Positions 37,308 to 47,800 of a stretch of DNA of 64,000 nucleotides are shown here, piece by piece (within the stretch, counting starts at the first letter, position 1; the number at the start of each line of letters is the position of its first letter). Origin of the DNA: Candidatus Kapaibacterium sp. (GTDB lineage Bacteria > Patescibacteriota > Patescibacteriia > UBA9934); the NCBI GenBank assembly GCA_044350705.1, contig JBILHA010000001.1, positions 49,809-113,808 on the forward strand, in the 5' to 3' direction. The notes below the pieces were generated by a model. It was not told where the DNA came from and did no database searches. It saw only the letters and a program-made list of their open reading frames with translations. The translations under genes and the position numbers were made by a program.

Positions 37308-37385
37308 TTTCGCTTTCCAGCAAGGCCCGCCTGATGAAAAGGGCGGGTTTTTGCTTTTTGTGTTACTCTTTTCTTCAGAAAGGGT

Positions 37386-38081
37386 ATGTCTTTTTCGGTT
37401 GAACAAGAATGTTATTCAGGACCGCTGGCGCTTCTTTTGGAGCTTATTGATGAGCGGAAGCTTGAAATTACGCAGGTAAGCTTGGCGCAAGTCGCCGATG
37501 CTTTTTTGGCGCGTATTAAAGAGGCTGAAGTTCCTGAAGAGGAAATGGCGGAATTTTTGGTAGTTGCCGCGCGCCTGATTTATTTGAAGAGTAAAGAGTT
37601 GTTGCCGTATTTGCAGTTTGCTGATGAAGAAGAGGCGGCTGATAGATTGGAGGATCGATTGCGTGCGTATCGGGAGTTTGTAGACGCCGCAAAGCGATTG
37701 CAGGAGCGATGGGGGAGGGGGGTGATGTTTCTCAGACCGTACGTTCGCGCAAAGCGGGAAGAAGGTTTTCGTCCATCGGGAAATGTTACGCCAGAGAAGT
37801 TACAGGAAGCATTTCAGATGATTGTGCGAAGACTCGCGCCGTTTTTTGCTTTGCGTGAGCAGAAGGTGACGCGTACCGTTTCGGTGGAGGAGCGTGTACG
37901 GGTGTTGCGTGAAGTGCTTCTTGCAAGAACGAAGCTCCAGTTTCATGAGTTGGTTGCAGGTGTTGAAGAACGAGCTGATGTTGTGGTGAATTTTTTGGCG
38001 CTGCTTGAAATGTTGCGAAGGCATGAGGTGAGTATTGTGCAGGAGGGGTCGTTTGGGAGTATTGTGATTGAGAAAAGATAA
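37386..38081 (+). CDS. scpA: Segregation/condensation protein A
   Basis: SGPLALLLELI, EFLVVAARLIYLKSKELLP, FLALLEM. Confidence 0.94.
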   Translation: MSFSVEQECYSGPLALLLELIDERKLEITQVSLAQVADAFLARIKEAEVPEEEMAEFLVVAARLIYLKSKELLPYLQFADEEEAADRLEDRLRAYREFVDAAKRLQERWGRGVMFLRPYVRAKREEGFRPSGNVTPEKLQEAFQMIVRRLAPFFALREQKVTRTVSVEERVRVLREVLLARTKLQFHELVAGVEERADVVVNFLALLEMLRRHEVSIVQEGSFGSIVIEKR

Positions 38082-38089
38082 GACGGATT

Positions 38090-38656
38090 ATGACGGATAT
38101 GACGGATACTGGAAATTCCCTCTTTTGCCGCTTGCAGGCGCTTTTGTTTGCTTCACCGAAGCCGCTTTCGGTTCGGCAGATTGCGGGATATGTTGGTGGT
38201 TCTCCTGATGAAGTAGAGGGGATTTTGCAAGATCTTTCTCGACACATGAATACCGAGGCGTCGGGTATTCATGTGGTGCATGTGCCGGAGGGGTATCAGT
38301 TTGTGACGAATCCTTCGTGCGCACTTGTTGTTGCGCGACTTACGAAAGAAGAAGCGGGGGAGCTTTCTCGTCCTTCACTTGAGACGCTGACGGTGATTGC
38401 GTATCGCGGTCCGCTTACGCGACCGGAGATTGAGGCGATTCGTGGCGTCCAGTGTTCGCTTATTTTGCGTAATCTCCTCATTCGTGGTTTGATCGTGGAA
38501 CGGGAGGATGCGGCGCGTGGTGAGCCTGTGTATACTTTGTCCGGTGATACGTTGCGTTATCTTGGTATGCACTCTGAAAAAGAATTGCCGGACTATGAAA
38601 CTTTTCATCATGATACGCGTTTAACGAAACTTGTAGATGCCTTGGAGGGTCTATGA
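38090..38656 (+). CDS. scpB: Segregation/condensation protein B
   Basis: ALLFASPKP, LETLTVIAYRGPLTRPEIEAIRGV. Confidence 0.95.
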   Translation: MTDMTDTGNSLFCRLQALLFASPKPLSVRQIAGYVGGSPDEVEGILQDLSRHMNTEASGIHVVHVPEGYQFVTNPSCALVVARLTKEEAGELSRPSLETLTVIAYRGPLTRPEIEAIRGVQCSLILRNLLIRGLIVEREDAARGEPVYTLSGDTLRYLGMHSEKELPDYETFHHDTRLTKLVDALEGL

Positions 38657-39618
38657 TGCATAAAGTAGCGGGTGAGCTTGTGCTTGCACTTTTGCTCTTA
38701 CAGGTTACGAAAACTGATGCATCGGTATTTATGCCGACGTTTGCACGTGCCGCTATGCCGCATGTTGCAGGATTTTCCCTTTCCTTGGACATTCCCCGTC
38801 TTCCGGTCGCGGGAGAACGGAGTCTTGCGCCTCGAAAGACTGATTTAGCTGCGGTCAGCGTGGAGACGAGTGCCCAAAGCGTTGCGGTGTTTGATGCGGC
38901 CTCCGGAGCGCTTTTATATGCGGAAGAGCCAGATACGGTGCGGTCTATTGGGAGTATTTCTAAACTCATGACGGCGCTTGTTTTTCTTGATACCGCCCCT
39001 GATCTCTCCTCTTGGGTGACTGTTATTTCTGATGACTACGCAGGAGGAGGGAGGGCGTATTTGGCGTATCACGATCCGGTGCGCTTAGGGGATGTACTTA
39101 CCGCGAGTCTTGTAGGATCGGATAATACGGCCACTGAAGCGCTTGCGCGTCTTTCCGGTCTTTCTCGAGAGGAATTTATTACGCGTATGAATCTGAAGGC
39201 GCAAGACCTCGGTTTGCGCTCTACTTCTTTTGTGGATCCGAGCGGCCTTTCGGCTGCGAATCAGTCAACTGCTCGTGAAGTGTCTTCGATTCTTGCAGAA
39301 GCAGTAAAACGTGAAGCTATTACGAGTCGTACCCAGCTTGCGGCAGCATCGGTCGTGCAGTCTTCAGGGTATAGCGTTTCGATTCCTTCTACGAACGAGC
39401 TTCTCGGCTCCTCTTTTACCGAGGCCGGATTCTCTCTTTTGGGTGGAAAGACCGGCTTTATTCCTCAGGCCGGTTACTGTTTTACGGGCGCTTTTGTCTA
39501 TCGCGGGCACCCTATTTTTACAACGGTTTTAGGAGCTGATGCTAAAGACAGTAGGTTTACGGATGCTGCGAATGTCACCGATTGGGTAACAAAAGTTTAT
39601 ACGTGGCCAGTCTTTTAA
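38653..39618 (+). CDS. S11 family D-alanyl-D-alanine carboxypeptidase/endopeptidase
   Basis: SxxK (SISK), SDN and KTG motifs; FVDPSGL. Confidence 0.92.
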   Translation: MMHKVAGELVLALLLLQVTKTDASVFMPTFARAAMPHVAGFSLSLDIPRLPVAGERSLAPRKTDLAAVSVETSAQSVAVFDAASGALLYAEEPDTVRSIGSISKLMTALVFLDTAPDLSSWVTVISDDYAGGGRAYLAYHDPVRLGDVLTASLVGSDNTATEALARLSGLSREEFITRMNLKAQDLGLRSTSFVDPSGLSAANQSTAREVSSILAEAVKREAITSRTQLAAASVVQSSGYSVSIPSTNELLGSSFTEAGFSLLGGKTGFIPQAGYCFTGAFVYRGHPIFTTVLGADAKDSRFTDAANVTDWVTKVYTWPVF

Positions 39619-39619
39619 T

Positions 39620-40093
39620 ATGCTTCCTTCTTGGCTTGAAGTGGTGTTATTGGGTATTGCTCCTATTACTGAGTATCAGCTTGCTATTCCTGTTGCCCTC
39701 ACGAAATATGAGTATCCTTGGTATATTGCTTATTCTTTAGGAGTGATAGGCTCTTTTTTGCCTTTTTTTCCTCTCTATTTTGGATTTGAATTTGTTCGTA
39801 ATCATGTAGCTCGTTTATTCCCTCGTCTTGTAAAGCCATTTGATTTAGCGATTGAGCGAGCTGAGCGTAAGCTGCGTGGGGATTATGAAAAATATGGCGC
39901 GATGGCACTTTTTCTCGCTTTGGTTGTTCCTTTTCCCCTTACGGGTGTTTGGACCACTACGCTTGCGGCGGTTGCATTAAAAATACCGATTCGCAGTGCT
40001 GCGCTCGGTATCTTTTTGGGACTTTTAAGTGGGGCGGCTCTCGTTACTCTTGCATCGCTCGGAGTCATTCATTCTCCTTTGTTTACGGAATGA
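39620..40093 (+). CDS. Small multi-drug export (COG2426-like) membrane protein
   Basis: PITE..LAIP, VPFPLTGVWT. Confidence 0.85.
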   Translation: MLPSWLEVVLLGIAPITEYQLAIPVALTKYEYPWYIAYSLGVIGSFLPFFPLYFGFEFVRNHVARLFPRLVKPFDLAIERAERKLRGDYEKYGAMALFLALVVPFPLTGVWTTTLAAVALKIPIRSAALGIFLGLLSGAALVTLASLGVIHSPLFTE

Positions 40094-40559
40094 TGTAGTA
40101 CATCAGCGCCAGAACGAAGGCGGTTTGTCCAGCGATTGCGTAAGATAATTTCGTGTCTCCATATCTTCGGGAGATGCAATCATGGAAGAAGAAATGGATT
40201 TTAAAGATTGTTCTGAGTGGCTTATTTTTCGGGAAGATCTCTTTGAGTCCAACGAGGAGATCGGGAAGAATGCTCCCCATTACCGCTGCTGAAAATGCTA
40301 TGTTTGTTGTGGTATCCGTTGGACGTCCGGAGACCACGCTCATCAAGAGGATGATTGCAATGACCGCATCAACGGTAACGTAGGCAATCCCGAGACGGGC
40401 TTTTTTTTCTTTTCGATACTTATCTGCGAGGTTGTTGTCCCCATGGGGAATCATATCAACCAAGAGGTGGGAAACGAGGCCAATGCTGAATCCAATGGCG
40501 GGATTTCCTACAAGAGATCCAATGGCGGCACCGATTGCAGCATGAGTGGTCAGTGTCAT
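40083..40559 (-). CDS. Membrane-bound metal-dependent hydrolase-like protein
   Basis: TTHAAIG, SHLLVDMIPH, ILPD and FFHD metal-ligand pattern in TM helices. Confidence 0.75.
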   Translation of the reverse strand: MTLTTHAAIGAAIGSLVGNPAIGFSIGLVSHLLVDMIPHGDNNLADKYRKEKKARLGIAYVTVDAVIAIILLMSVVSGRPTDTTTNIAFSAAVMGSILPDLLVGLKEIFPKNKPLRTIFKIHFFFHDCISRRYGDTKLSYAIAGQTAFVLALMYYIIP

Positions 40560-40629
40560 AGAGACTGGGGAGAGTATAACACGATTTGGCAAAAAAGGGG
40601 AGGGGTGATATAGTATGGGCACCTTCCAA

Positions 40630-40706
40630 CGCAGGGTGGAGCAACCAGGCAGCTCGCCGGGCTCATAACCCGGAGGTTACAGGTTCAAATCCTGTCCCTG
40701 CAACCA
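40630..40706 (+). tRNA. tRNA-fMet (CAT), initiator
   Basis: C1:A72 mismatch, GGG/CCC anticodon stem, CTCATAA loop, encoded CCA. Confidence 0.96.
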
Positions 40707-40707
40707 C

Positions 40708-40792
40708 AAAAACCTCTCATTTGTTGAGAGGTTTTTGTTATGCATGACGTATTTCGTCTATTAAAAAAATCCGAATTTCTTCGGATTTTTTT
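40708..40792. terminator. Two back-to-back hairpin terminators between convergent tRNAs
   Basis: AAAACCTCTCA..TGAGAGGTTTT and AAAAAATCCGAA..TTCGGATTTTTT. Confidence 0.75.
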
Positions 40793-40868
40793 GGTGGCTG
40801 GGGCCGGGATCGAACCGGCGACCTAAGGCTTATGAGTCCTTCGCTCTAACCAACTGAGCTACCCAGCC
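40792..40868 (-). tRNA. tRNA with CAT anticodon (Ile2/lysidine or elongator Met)
   Basis: GGCTGGGTAGCTCAGTTGGTTAGAGC...CTCATAA...GGTTCGATCCC...CCAGCCACCA. Confidence 0.93.
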
Positions 40869-40872
40869 AAAG

Positions 40873-40959
40873 TGGTGCCTTGGGAGGGACTCGAACCCTC
40901 AATCCATTGCTGGAAACGGATTTTGAGTCCGTCGCGTATACCAATTCCGCCACCAAGGC
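40873..40959 (-). tRNA. tRNA-Leu (CAA)
   Basis: GCCTTGGTGGCGGAATTGGTATACGCG..CTCAAAA, long variable arm, GGTTCGAGTCCC, CCA. Confidence 0.96.
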
Positions 40960-41081
40960 TCATCTCTCTCTTTTTCAAGAACAGGCAGAATATTAGCATT
41001 CTTTTTTTCTTCTCGCAAGGGAGGAATTGTGTGGACGGCGACCTGTTTTTTGATAGAGCCCATGGTACCATGTCGAGGTCT

Positions 41082-41858
41082 ATGGCGCAGGTAGTCTCGG
41101 TGGTCAACCAAAAAGGAGGGGTGGGAAAGACCACTACTTCCATGAATTTAGCTGCCTTTCTCTCGCATTTTGGTAAGCGTGTTTTGCTTGTTGATTTAGA
41201 TCCGCAGGGAAATGCAACGAGTGGATTTGGACATAGTCCTGCGGAAGTGGAGGGTACGTATGAATTGCTCGCAGGTCTCAAGAAGGCTGAGGAGGTTATT
41301 TTGACTACGCCCCATGAAGGACTTCATCTTATTGCTGCAAATCCTAACCTTGCCGGTTCACAAGTGGAATTAGTTAATGAATTTAATCGTGAGAGAAAAT
41401 TGAAGCAAGCTTTGGAGAGCATTGTAGATCGGTTTGATTATGTGATTATCGATAATCCTCCTTCCCTTGGTCTTCTTACGATCAATGGTTTAGTTGCGAG
41501 TGATAGTGTTCTTGTGCCGGTGCAGGCAGAGTATTACGCTCTCGAAGGCTTGGGGCAGCTTTTGCAAACCGTTCAACTCGTGCGTCAGCACCTTAATGAA
41601 AATCTTGATATTCGTGGCGCGGTTATTACCATGTTCAATCCTGTTGCGACGCTTTCTCGTCAGGTGCTTGAAGAGATGTATCGTCATTTTCCAGGAAAGA
41701 TTTATCGGTCAGTCATTCCCCGTAGCGTTCGTCTTGCTGAGGCCCCGAGTTTTGGGAAGACTATTTTGCACTATGATCCTTATTCAAAAGCTGCAAAGGC
41801 CTACGAGCGCTTGGCGCGAGAGTTTTTAGAAAAAGAGGGCGAAGGGGTTGTGGCATAA
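41082..41858 (+). CDS. parA: ParA/Soj ATPase
   Basis: NQKGGVGKTT, DLDPQGNAT, PPSLGLLT, EYYALEGL, RLAEAPSFG. Confidence 0.96.
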   Translation: MAQVVSVVNQKGGVGKTTTSMNLAAFLSHFGKRVLLVDLDPQGNATSGFGHSPAEVEGTYELLAGLKKAEEVILTTPHEGLHLIAANPNLAGSQVELVNEFNRERKLKQALESIVDRFDYVIIDNPPSLGLLTINGLVASDSVLVPVQAEYYALEGLGQLLQTVQLVRQHLNENLDIRGAVITMFNPVATLSRQVLEEMYRHFPGKIYRSVIPRSVRLAEAPSFGKTILHYDPYSKAAKAYERLAREFLEKEGEGVVA

Positions 41859-41870
41859 TGGGCACCATCT

Positions 41871-42848
41871 ATGCAAAGCGACAAACCTAAAATTGGTCTG
41901 GGCCGTGGTCTTGGAGCACTTATCGGTCCTGCAGCGGGAACGCCGATGACTTTTCATGCTCCTTCTCCTGCTTCATCTGAAGAAGCTCCTCAGTTATCTC
42001 CTGTGGATGTAGCCTCTTTGGCTTCTGCTTCTTCTGGGCCTGTAGAGACTCTTCCTTCTGGGCAGATTCACACTCTTGATCCAGAAAAGATTCGCGTGAA
42101 TGCTGAGCAACCTCGTACGATTTTTGCAGATGATGCTCTCGATGAACTTGCCGAGAGCATTCGCGAGCATGGTATTTTGCAGCCTTTGGTTGTTACCGAA
42201 ACAGGACCGGGAGAATTCGAGCTTATTGCTGGTGAACGCCGTTTACGTGCTGCAAAGCGCCTGGGACTTTCCCAAGTGCCTGTTGTTGTACGTCCCTACG
42301 CCGCTCTCAAAGATAAGCTTGTTTTGGCGCTCATTGAAAATATTCAGCGTCAGGATCTTAATGCGGTGGAAGAGGGGCGAGCATATCGACGCCTTTCAGA
42401 AGAATATGGTCTCTCCCACGAAGAGATTGCGCAGAGGGTGGGGAAGAGTCGTTCTGCAGTTACGAATGCGATGCGCCTTTTGGATCTTGAAGGTGATATG
42501 CTCTCTGCCCTTGAAGAGGGAAGGATTACGAAGAGCCATGCGCGCACTCTCCTTGCAGAGCCTGTCCCTACGCTTCGCCGCACGCTTTTTTCCAAGATGC
42601 TGGGGGGAGGGGTGACGGTGAGAGAGGCTGAGGCAAGGGCTGGTACTCGAGGACGGTCCGGTTCCTTGCAGGGGATGAAAGATGCGAATGTTGTTGCGCT
42701 TGAATCAGCGCTGCGTGAAAAATTGGGAACAAAAGTTACCCTTGAACATCGCGGGGGCCCAGGAAAGATCGCCATTAATTACTATTCTAAAGAAGATTTG
42801 CGTCGTATTGTCGAGATTATTTCTGGAAAGATTGAAGAGGAGGCGTAA
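41871..42848 (+). CDS. parB: ParB/Spo0J partition protein
   Basis: GLGRGLGALI, QPR, GILQP, IAGERR, ENIQRQDL, HTH. Confidence 0.96.
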   Translation: MQSDKPKIGLGRGLGALIGPAAGTPMTFHAPSPASSEEAPQLSPVDVASLASASSGPVETLPSGQIHTLDPEKIRVNAEQPRTIFADDALDELAESIREHGILQPLVVTETGPGEFELIAGERRLRAAKRLGLSQVPVVVRPYAALKDKLVLALIENIQRQDLNAVEEGRAYRRLSEEYGLSHEEIAQRVGKSRSAVTNAMRLLDLEGDMLSALEEGRITKSHARTLLAEPVPTLRRTLFSKMLGGGVTVREAEARAGTRGRSGSLQGMKDANVVALESALREKLGTKVTLEHRGGPGKIAINYYSKEDLRRIVEIISGKIEEEA

Positions 42849-42860
42849 GGGAAGATAGTC

Positions 42861-42892
42861 CATAAAACCGAGCATGTGTGCTCGGTTTTATG
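42861..42892. terminator. Bidirectional terminator between parB and rel
   Basis: CATAAAACCGAGCA-tgtg-TGCTCGGTTTTATG. Confidence 0.8.
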
Positions 42893-44377
42893 TTATGACT
42901 GTTTTCGAACGGTTCGTTGCATAAAAGATGACCAAAGGCTTTGTCGGGTTCCTTTTAGCGCATCTTTAATTTTCTGTTTTGCATGGCGTGTTTTTACAAA
43001 CTGTAGCCACTGTTCATTGGGATATTTTCTGTTTTTATCGATGATGATTTCGCAGAGATCTCCTGAGCGAAGTGCCGTGCTCAGTGGCTTCATTTCATTA
43101 TTTACTTTTGCCTGTGCTGCCTTATTTCCGATCTCGGTGTGAATGGCATAGGCAAGATCGATCGGCGTTGAATCTTCTGGAAGGTCAATAACGTCTCCTC
43201 GAGGCGTGAAGACGAAGATGCGATCTCGGAACATGTCGAGCTTGAAGTCATTGAGCTCACGCATGAAGTCCGCAGTAGAAAGTTCCTTTTGGATAGCAGC
43301 GAGCTCCTCCATCCAGTGTACTTGACGATCGGCCGCTGTTTTTCCTTCCTTGTATTTCCAGTGTGCTGCAATACCGTATTCATTCTCTTCGTGCATTTGT
43401 AGCGTGCGAATTTGAAATTCGAGAATAGACCCGGATTCATCGAACACGGTGGTGTGGAGTGATTGATATCCGTTCGGTTTTGGTTGGGCGATATAGTCTT
43501 TGATTCTTCCCGGAAGCGGAGTGAATAGCCCGTGTAACACTCCCAGGGCTGCATAGCAGGAAGGAATGTCAGGAACGATGATGCGCAAAGCTACGATATC
43601 GTAGACTTTGCTCATATCTCCCTTATATCGATCCAGTTTCTTTTTGAGGCTGTAGCAATGTTTCACTCGTCCGTGGACTTCAATTGTGGGTACGGCATGC
43701 TTTTTTAACTCGCCTTCTACTTCCTTTAATGCTTTATCCATGGAAGGGCCGAATTTTTTTACTCGTTCTTCAAGGAGGTGTTGCGTCCAGCTATAACTTT
43801 TCGGATCGAGATATTTGAACGCGTAGTCCTCGAATTGTCCGCGGTACTCTCCCATACCCAATCGGTTGGCGATAGGGGCGTAAATTTCGAGTACCTCTTG
43901 TGCAATACGTTTACGTTTTTGTTCAGGAAGTGCGTAGAGGGTTTCAAGATTGTGTAAACGATCAGCAAATTTGATAAAAATCACTCGAACGTCTTCGGCC
44001 ATTGCCACGAACATTTTTCTTAAGTTTTCCGCATAACGCTCTTCGCCGCGATATTTTACTTTTCCTAACTTGGTTATGCCGGCCACCATGTGATGCATGT
44101 CATCTCCAAATTCGTTTTTTATATCTTCGAGGGTACGCTCGGTATCTTCGGGAACATCGTGGAGCAGACCAGCGGCGATAACATTGCTGGGGAGTTTTAG
44201 CTCGATTAACTTTTTTGCTACTTGCGTACAGTGAGAAAAATAGGGCTCCCCTGTATGCCGCGTTTGTCCTTTATGTGCCTCATCGGCGTAGGTATATGCC
44301 TTTTTGATAAGCTCAATATCGGCCGGTGTATACCGGCTATCAAGAAGGTTTATGAGTTCTTCTACGGGGATGGGCAT
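42893..44377 (-). CDS. rel: RelA/SpoT homologue (HD + synthetase + TGS; no C-terminal ZFD/ACT); start uncertain (44377 or 44428)
   Basis: GEPY, LLHDVPEDT, KFADRLHN, RIKDYIAQPKPNGYQSLHT, EFQIRT, IFVFTPRG. Confidence 0.93.
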   Translation of the reverse strand: MPIPVEELINLLDSRYTPADIELIKKAYTYADEAHKGQTRHTGEPYFSHCTQVAKKLIELKLPSNVIAAGLLHDVPEDTERTLEDIKNEFGDDMHHMVAGITKLGKVKYRGEERYAENLRKMFVAMAEDVRVIFIKFADRLHNLETLYALPEQKRKRIAQEVLEIYAPIANRLGMGEYRGQFEDYAFKYLDPKSYSWTQHLLEERVKKFGPSMDKALKEVEGELKKHAVPTIEVHGRVKHCYSLKKKLDRYKGDMSKVYDIVALRIIVPDIPSCYAALGVLHGLFTPLPGRIKDYIAQPKPNGYQSLHTTVFDESGSILEFQIRTLQMHEENEYGIAAHWKYKEGKTAADRQVHWMEELAAIQKELSTADFMRELNDFKLDMFRDRIFVFTPRGDVIDLPEDSTPIDLAYAIHTEIGNKAAQAKVNNEMKPLSTALRSGDLCEIIIDKNRKYPNEQWLQFVKTRHAKQKIKDALKGTRQSLWSSFMQRTVRKQS

Positions 44378-44446
44378 GTGGTTTTTAACATACTCTTCCC
44401 AAAGCTGATCGTAAAGAGGTCTGTGCATGATATGATTTCCCTATCT

Positions 44447-44806
44447 ATGACTGTGAATGGGATGGCTCAAATTCAAGAGGTTTTTTCTGATGCGAAGGCA
44501 TACGGAGCGCGGTTGGCCCAGATGCTTGCTGCTTCTGCGCTTCCTCGGGAGGCGCAGGATGCTTGGGCGGCTCTCGTGCCTTCCATGACCTTTTCGCAAT
44601 TGCAGCATTTTGAAGTGCTTTTACGGGCTCATATGGAAGGGGAGATTCATCATGCGCTTGAGGATGCTTTTTTAGAAATTCGCGCCGAGATCACGAAGCA
44701 TGATTTAGCGATTGCGGGTGCTACGCATCAGGCTCATGTGTCGCTTGATGCGCTCGAGCATCAACTCGATGCTTTAGAACGCGCAGGAGGTAAGCGAAGC
44801 GTATAG
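44447..44806 (+). CDS. Helical hypothetical protein
   Basis: TATG start, ends 7 nt before the next gene. Confidence 0.65.
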   Translation: MTVNGMAQIQEVFSDAKAYGARLAQMLAASALPREAQDAWAALVPSMTFSQLQHFEVLLRAHMEGEIHHALEDAFLEIRAEITKHDLAIAGATHQAHVSLDALEHQLDALERAGGKRSV

Positions 44807-44813
44807 CGCATGT

Positions 44814-47800
44814 ATGGCGAAAAAAAAGAAACTTCAGCGAGAAGGATCAACTTCTCCAGAGCAAGAAATCATTTCTCCTGAGATGAAATTTCTTCAAGAA
44901 GCTTTGGTGCGAGCGCGAGAAGCTGCTGCTTTTGCGATGCGGTCTAAAGATGTTACCGGTGTTAGTTCTTCTATCCGGAAGATGTATGAGTCGAGAAGAG
45001 GGCAGCTTGAACAAGATGCTTTGGAACTTGCCGAATACATGAAATTAGGAAAGACTTTAGATCCTTCTTCTTTCAGGTTTCACTATAATAAGTTCATGTT
45101 ATATGCAGATCGCGTGCTTCACGATCCGAGTTTGCAGCAATTAGGGGAAGATTTTTTTGGAGTGCCCACGTCTGCAGAGGGGGCATCTCAGCAAGAGCAA
45201 GATGTTGATCGTCAGGAGGGGAAGAGGGTTGCTCGGGAAGAGCGCAGTTCTGATGCGCAGAAGATACGAAGAGAGCTTGATCGCGTGCAGGGAGTTGTTG
45301 CTGATATTCACGGGATGGAGAGGCGTGCTCAGGCGTTGCTTGAGCAAGCTTTACAGGGCCCTTTTGCGGGGGATGAAAGTTTTATAGCCCGTTTACGGGA
45401 GCATTTTTCTCAGCTTACGCTCCAGCGAGAGAATGCTGGGCATTTGTACGCGGATGTAGAGGAGCGAGGACGCTCATTGTCGCCTGAAGAACGTGCCTCT
45501 TTTCTTGAAGAAGTGCATGCCCTTTCTTTTGTGGAATTTCAGCAGAAAGCAGGCGAGATCCTGCGAGATCTGCAGCAAGAGATCGCTTTGCAGCGTGGTC
45601 TCTTGCATGATCGTATTGACGTACTTTTTCAATCATTTTCTGAGCAGAAAAAGCAAAAAGCAACGGCGCTCATGAAGCAAGTTAAAGCTGCCGAAAAGCA
45701 GCAAAATGATCAACGTCTTTTTGCGCTTTTTGAAAAACTTCAAGATCTTTCACGTGAAGAAGATGCAAAGGGAGAGGAAGTTCCTGAAAATGCAGACTTG
45801 CTCGTCTCCGCGCCTGTCGAGAAAAGTGCTGCCTCAGGGGGTGTTGAGAACGTGCCTTTGTTTGCCAGTTTGCGTTTTGGGAAGTCGGGAATGGGCATTC
45901 CCGAGACTTTTTTCCAAGATCCTGCGCTCCGTGCTCGTATACGCGCTGCGGAGGAATTTGATGCTCCTGAGCAGGAGCCGGAAGTGAAGCAGCGACGAGA
46001 GCGGAAAGAGATCCCTTCCGAAGACCGTCAGCTCCTTGAGGCGTTTTTGGAAAAAGACTTTGAGGAAACCGTTGAAACATATGGAGAGGCCGAGCTTGTG
46101 GCGGTTGCGCGAGTGCTTGTTCGCGCGCGCAAGAAGAGATTTATTGCTTCCGACGCGCTGCTTACGCGGGCGAGGGAGCGATTTTCTTCGTTGATGGGGG
46201 GATGGGCTCCTGAGGCCGCTCTTGCGGCGTATGATGAATATCAAGCGACGCTGACTCTGCGCGGGGAGGAAGGGCGTGCTTCCTCCGCTGATTCTCCAAG
46301 GGAAGATCGAGTAGGGGCAGAGTCTTCTGACGGGGAGATTGATTCTCTTGTTTTTCAAGAGGATGATGCAGCGATGCGGGTGGATTTTGCTCTTCACGTG
46401 CAAGATGCTGAGATTTCATCTGAGGAAGTAGAGGAGCGAAAGAAGCGTGTTACCAGTATTTTACAGAGTCTTTCTTCGCGTACTTTATGGAAACCAGATC
46501 TTGTTCTTTCTGGTGATGAGCAAGCGCTTGCAGCCATGGATCTTGATGCAGAGCGTCGTAATTATCTTCGCGCACAGCTTTTCTTAAATGGTACTGAGGA
46601 AGGGTTGTTTTTCCAGCGCATTTTGGCCCAGGCTCGAAATGAAGCTGCTGTTCGCGAGCGGATGATTTCTCTTCTTTTGGAAGTGCAGGGTCTTACTCCC
46701 ACGCAGCGGCGTATGGTTTTTGAGCAAGAACTCTTACCCACCCCGGTTGTGGTAGAGGAAGAGCAGGAGGGGTCTTCGCCTGAGGCTCGCGAAGAAGAGG
46801 GCTCTCCGGCTGATCAGACGCCAAAGCCTGAAGAGGCGCAGCAGGATGAAGCTCCTTCTTCAGAGGGGCGCGCATCTGTTTCAGGAGGATCGGGAAATGT
46901 TCCCCCTCCACCTTCTGAGCCAGGACCTGTACCGCCGTTTGAAGAAGGAGAAAGAGGAGAGCGGGGGAAGAGGGAGGAGAAGGAGTCTCTTTTTGCGCGT
47001 ATGCGGAAGTGGACGAAGGAGCGTGCGCGCGAATTTGAGGATACTGATATTTATCGCGTGCATATTAAGGGAGAAAAGACGCTTCGTGAATTGCGAGGAG
47101 ATGCGCCTACGCTTTCTCCGAAGGTTATGCTTGCGGCAGGTATTGGGTCTGCAGCGATGAGTTATTTTGGTGCGGCTTTTCCGGTTGATGCCTTACGGTA
47201 TGCAACACAGCGTCACTTTGTAGGAAAGGAACGTGATGAAATGTCTCGAGCATTCCATGAGGCATTTGCGCGGCGAAGGAGGGAAGGGGAAGTGAGTGAT
47301 CAAGAACGGGTACGCGAGCGTCAGCAGGCGCTTCGATCTCGTGTCGAATCATCTCGTTATCTCACCCATGCCCAGAAACAGGATTTGCTCGATCAACTTT
47401 TTGCTCAAGAAGAGACTCTCGCAGCTCAAGTTTCTCCTCGGCATGAGTATCTCACTAGAGAGGTTGGGCGTATTTTGGAGCATGCTATTCGTACTCGTGT
47501 TTCGGGTGAGAAGGTTGTGAAAGAGGGGCTGAATACGACGTTTATGCTTACTGGCTTCCATATGCTTCGGGCGCCGGCATATGGTGCGGTGTCCATTTAT
47601 GAGCGTTGGAATCGGTTGACGCGTGAGAGGCCTGAATCATCTGCTGGAGAACGTTTGCGGTCTACGTTCGCAGGAGGTTTCCAGGATTGGTGGAGTCGTG
47701 CAAAGGGGGAGAGCGGCCGTATGGCGCAGGCTGCAGCCTTTGGTACTGCGGCACGATTTGTCGGCATGAGCATGGTTGGATACGAGGCTTTGGGGGGTTC

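Noticed and set aside
40630-40959. tRNA cluster as a possible integration site
   Set aside because: No integrase and no duplicated tRNA 3' end noticed in the window
40872-41081. Long N-terminal extension of ParA in the ORF track
   Set aside because: Overlaps tRNA-Leu; the likely start is the TATG at 41082
41082-42848. parAB as a sign of a plasmid or nearby origin
   Set aside because: Chromosomal Soj/Spo0J type; I noticed no parS palindrome, dnaA gene or DnaA-box cluster
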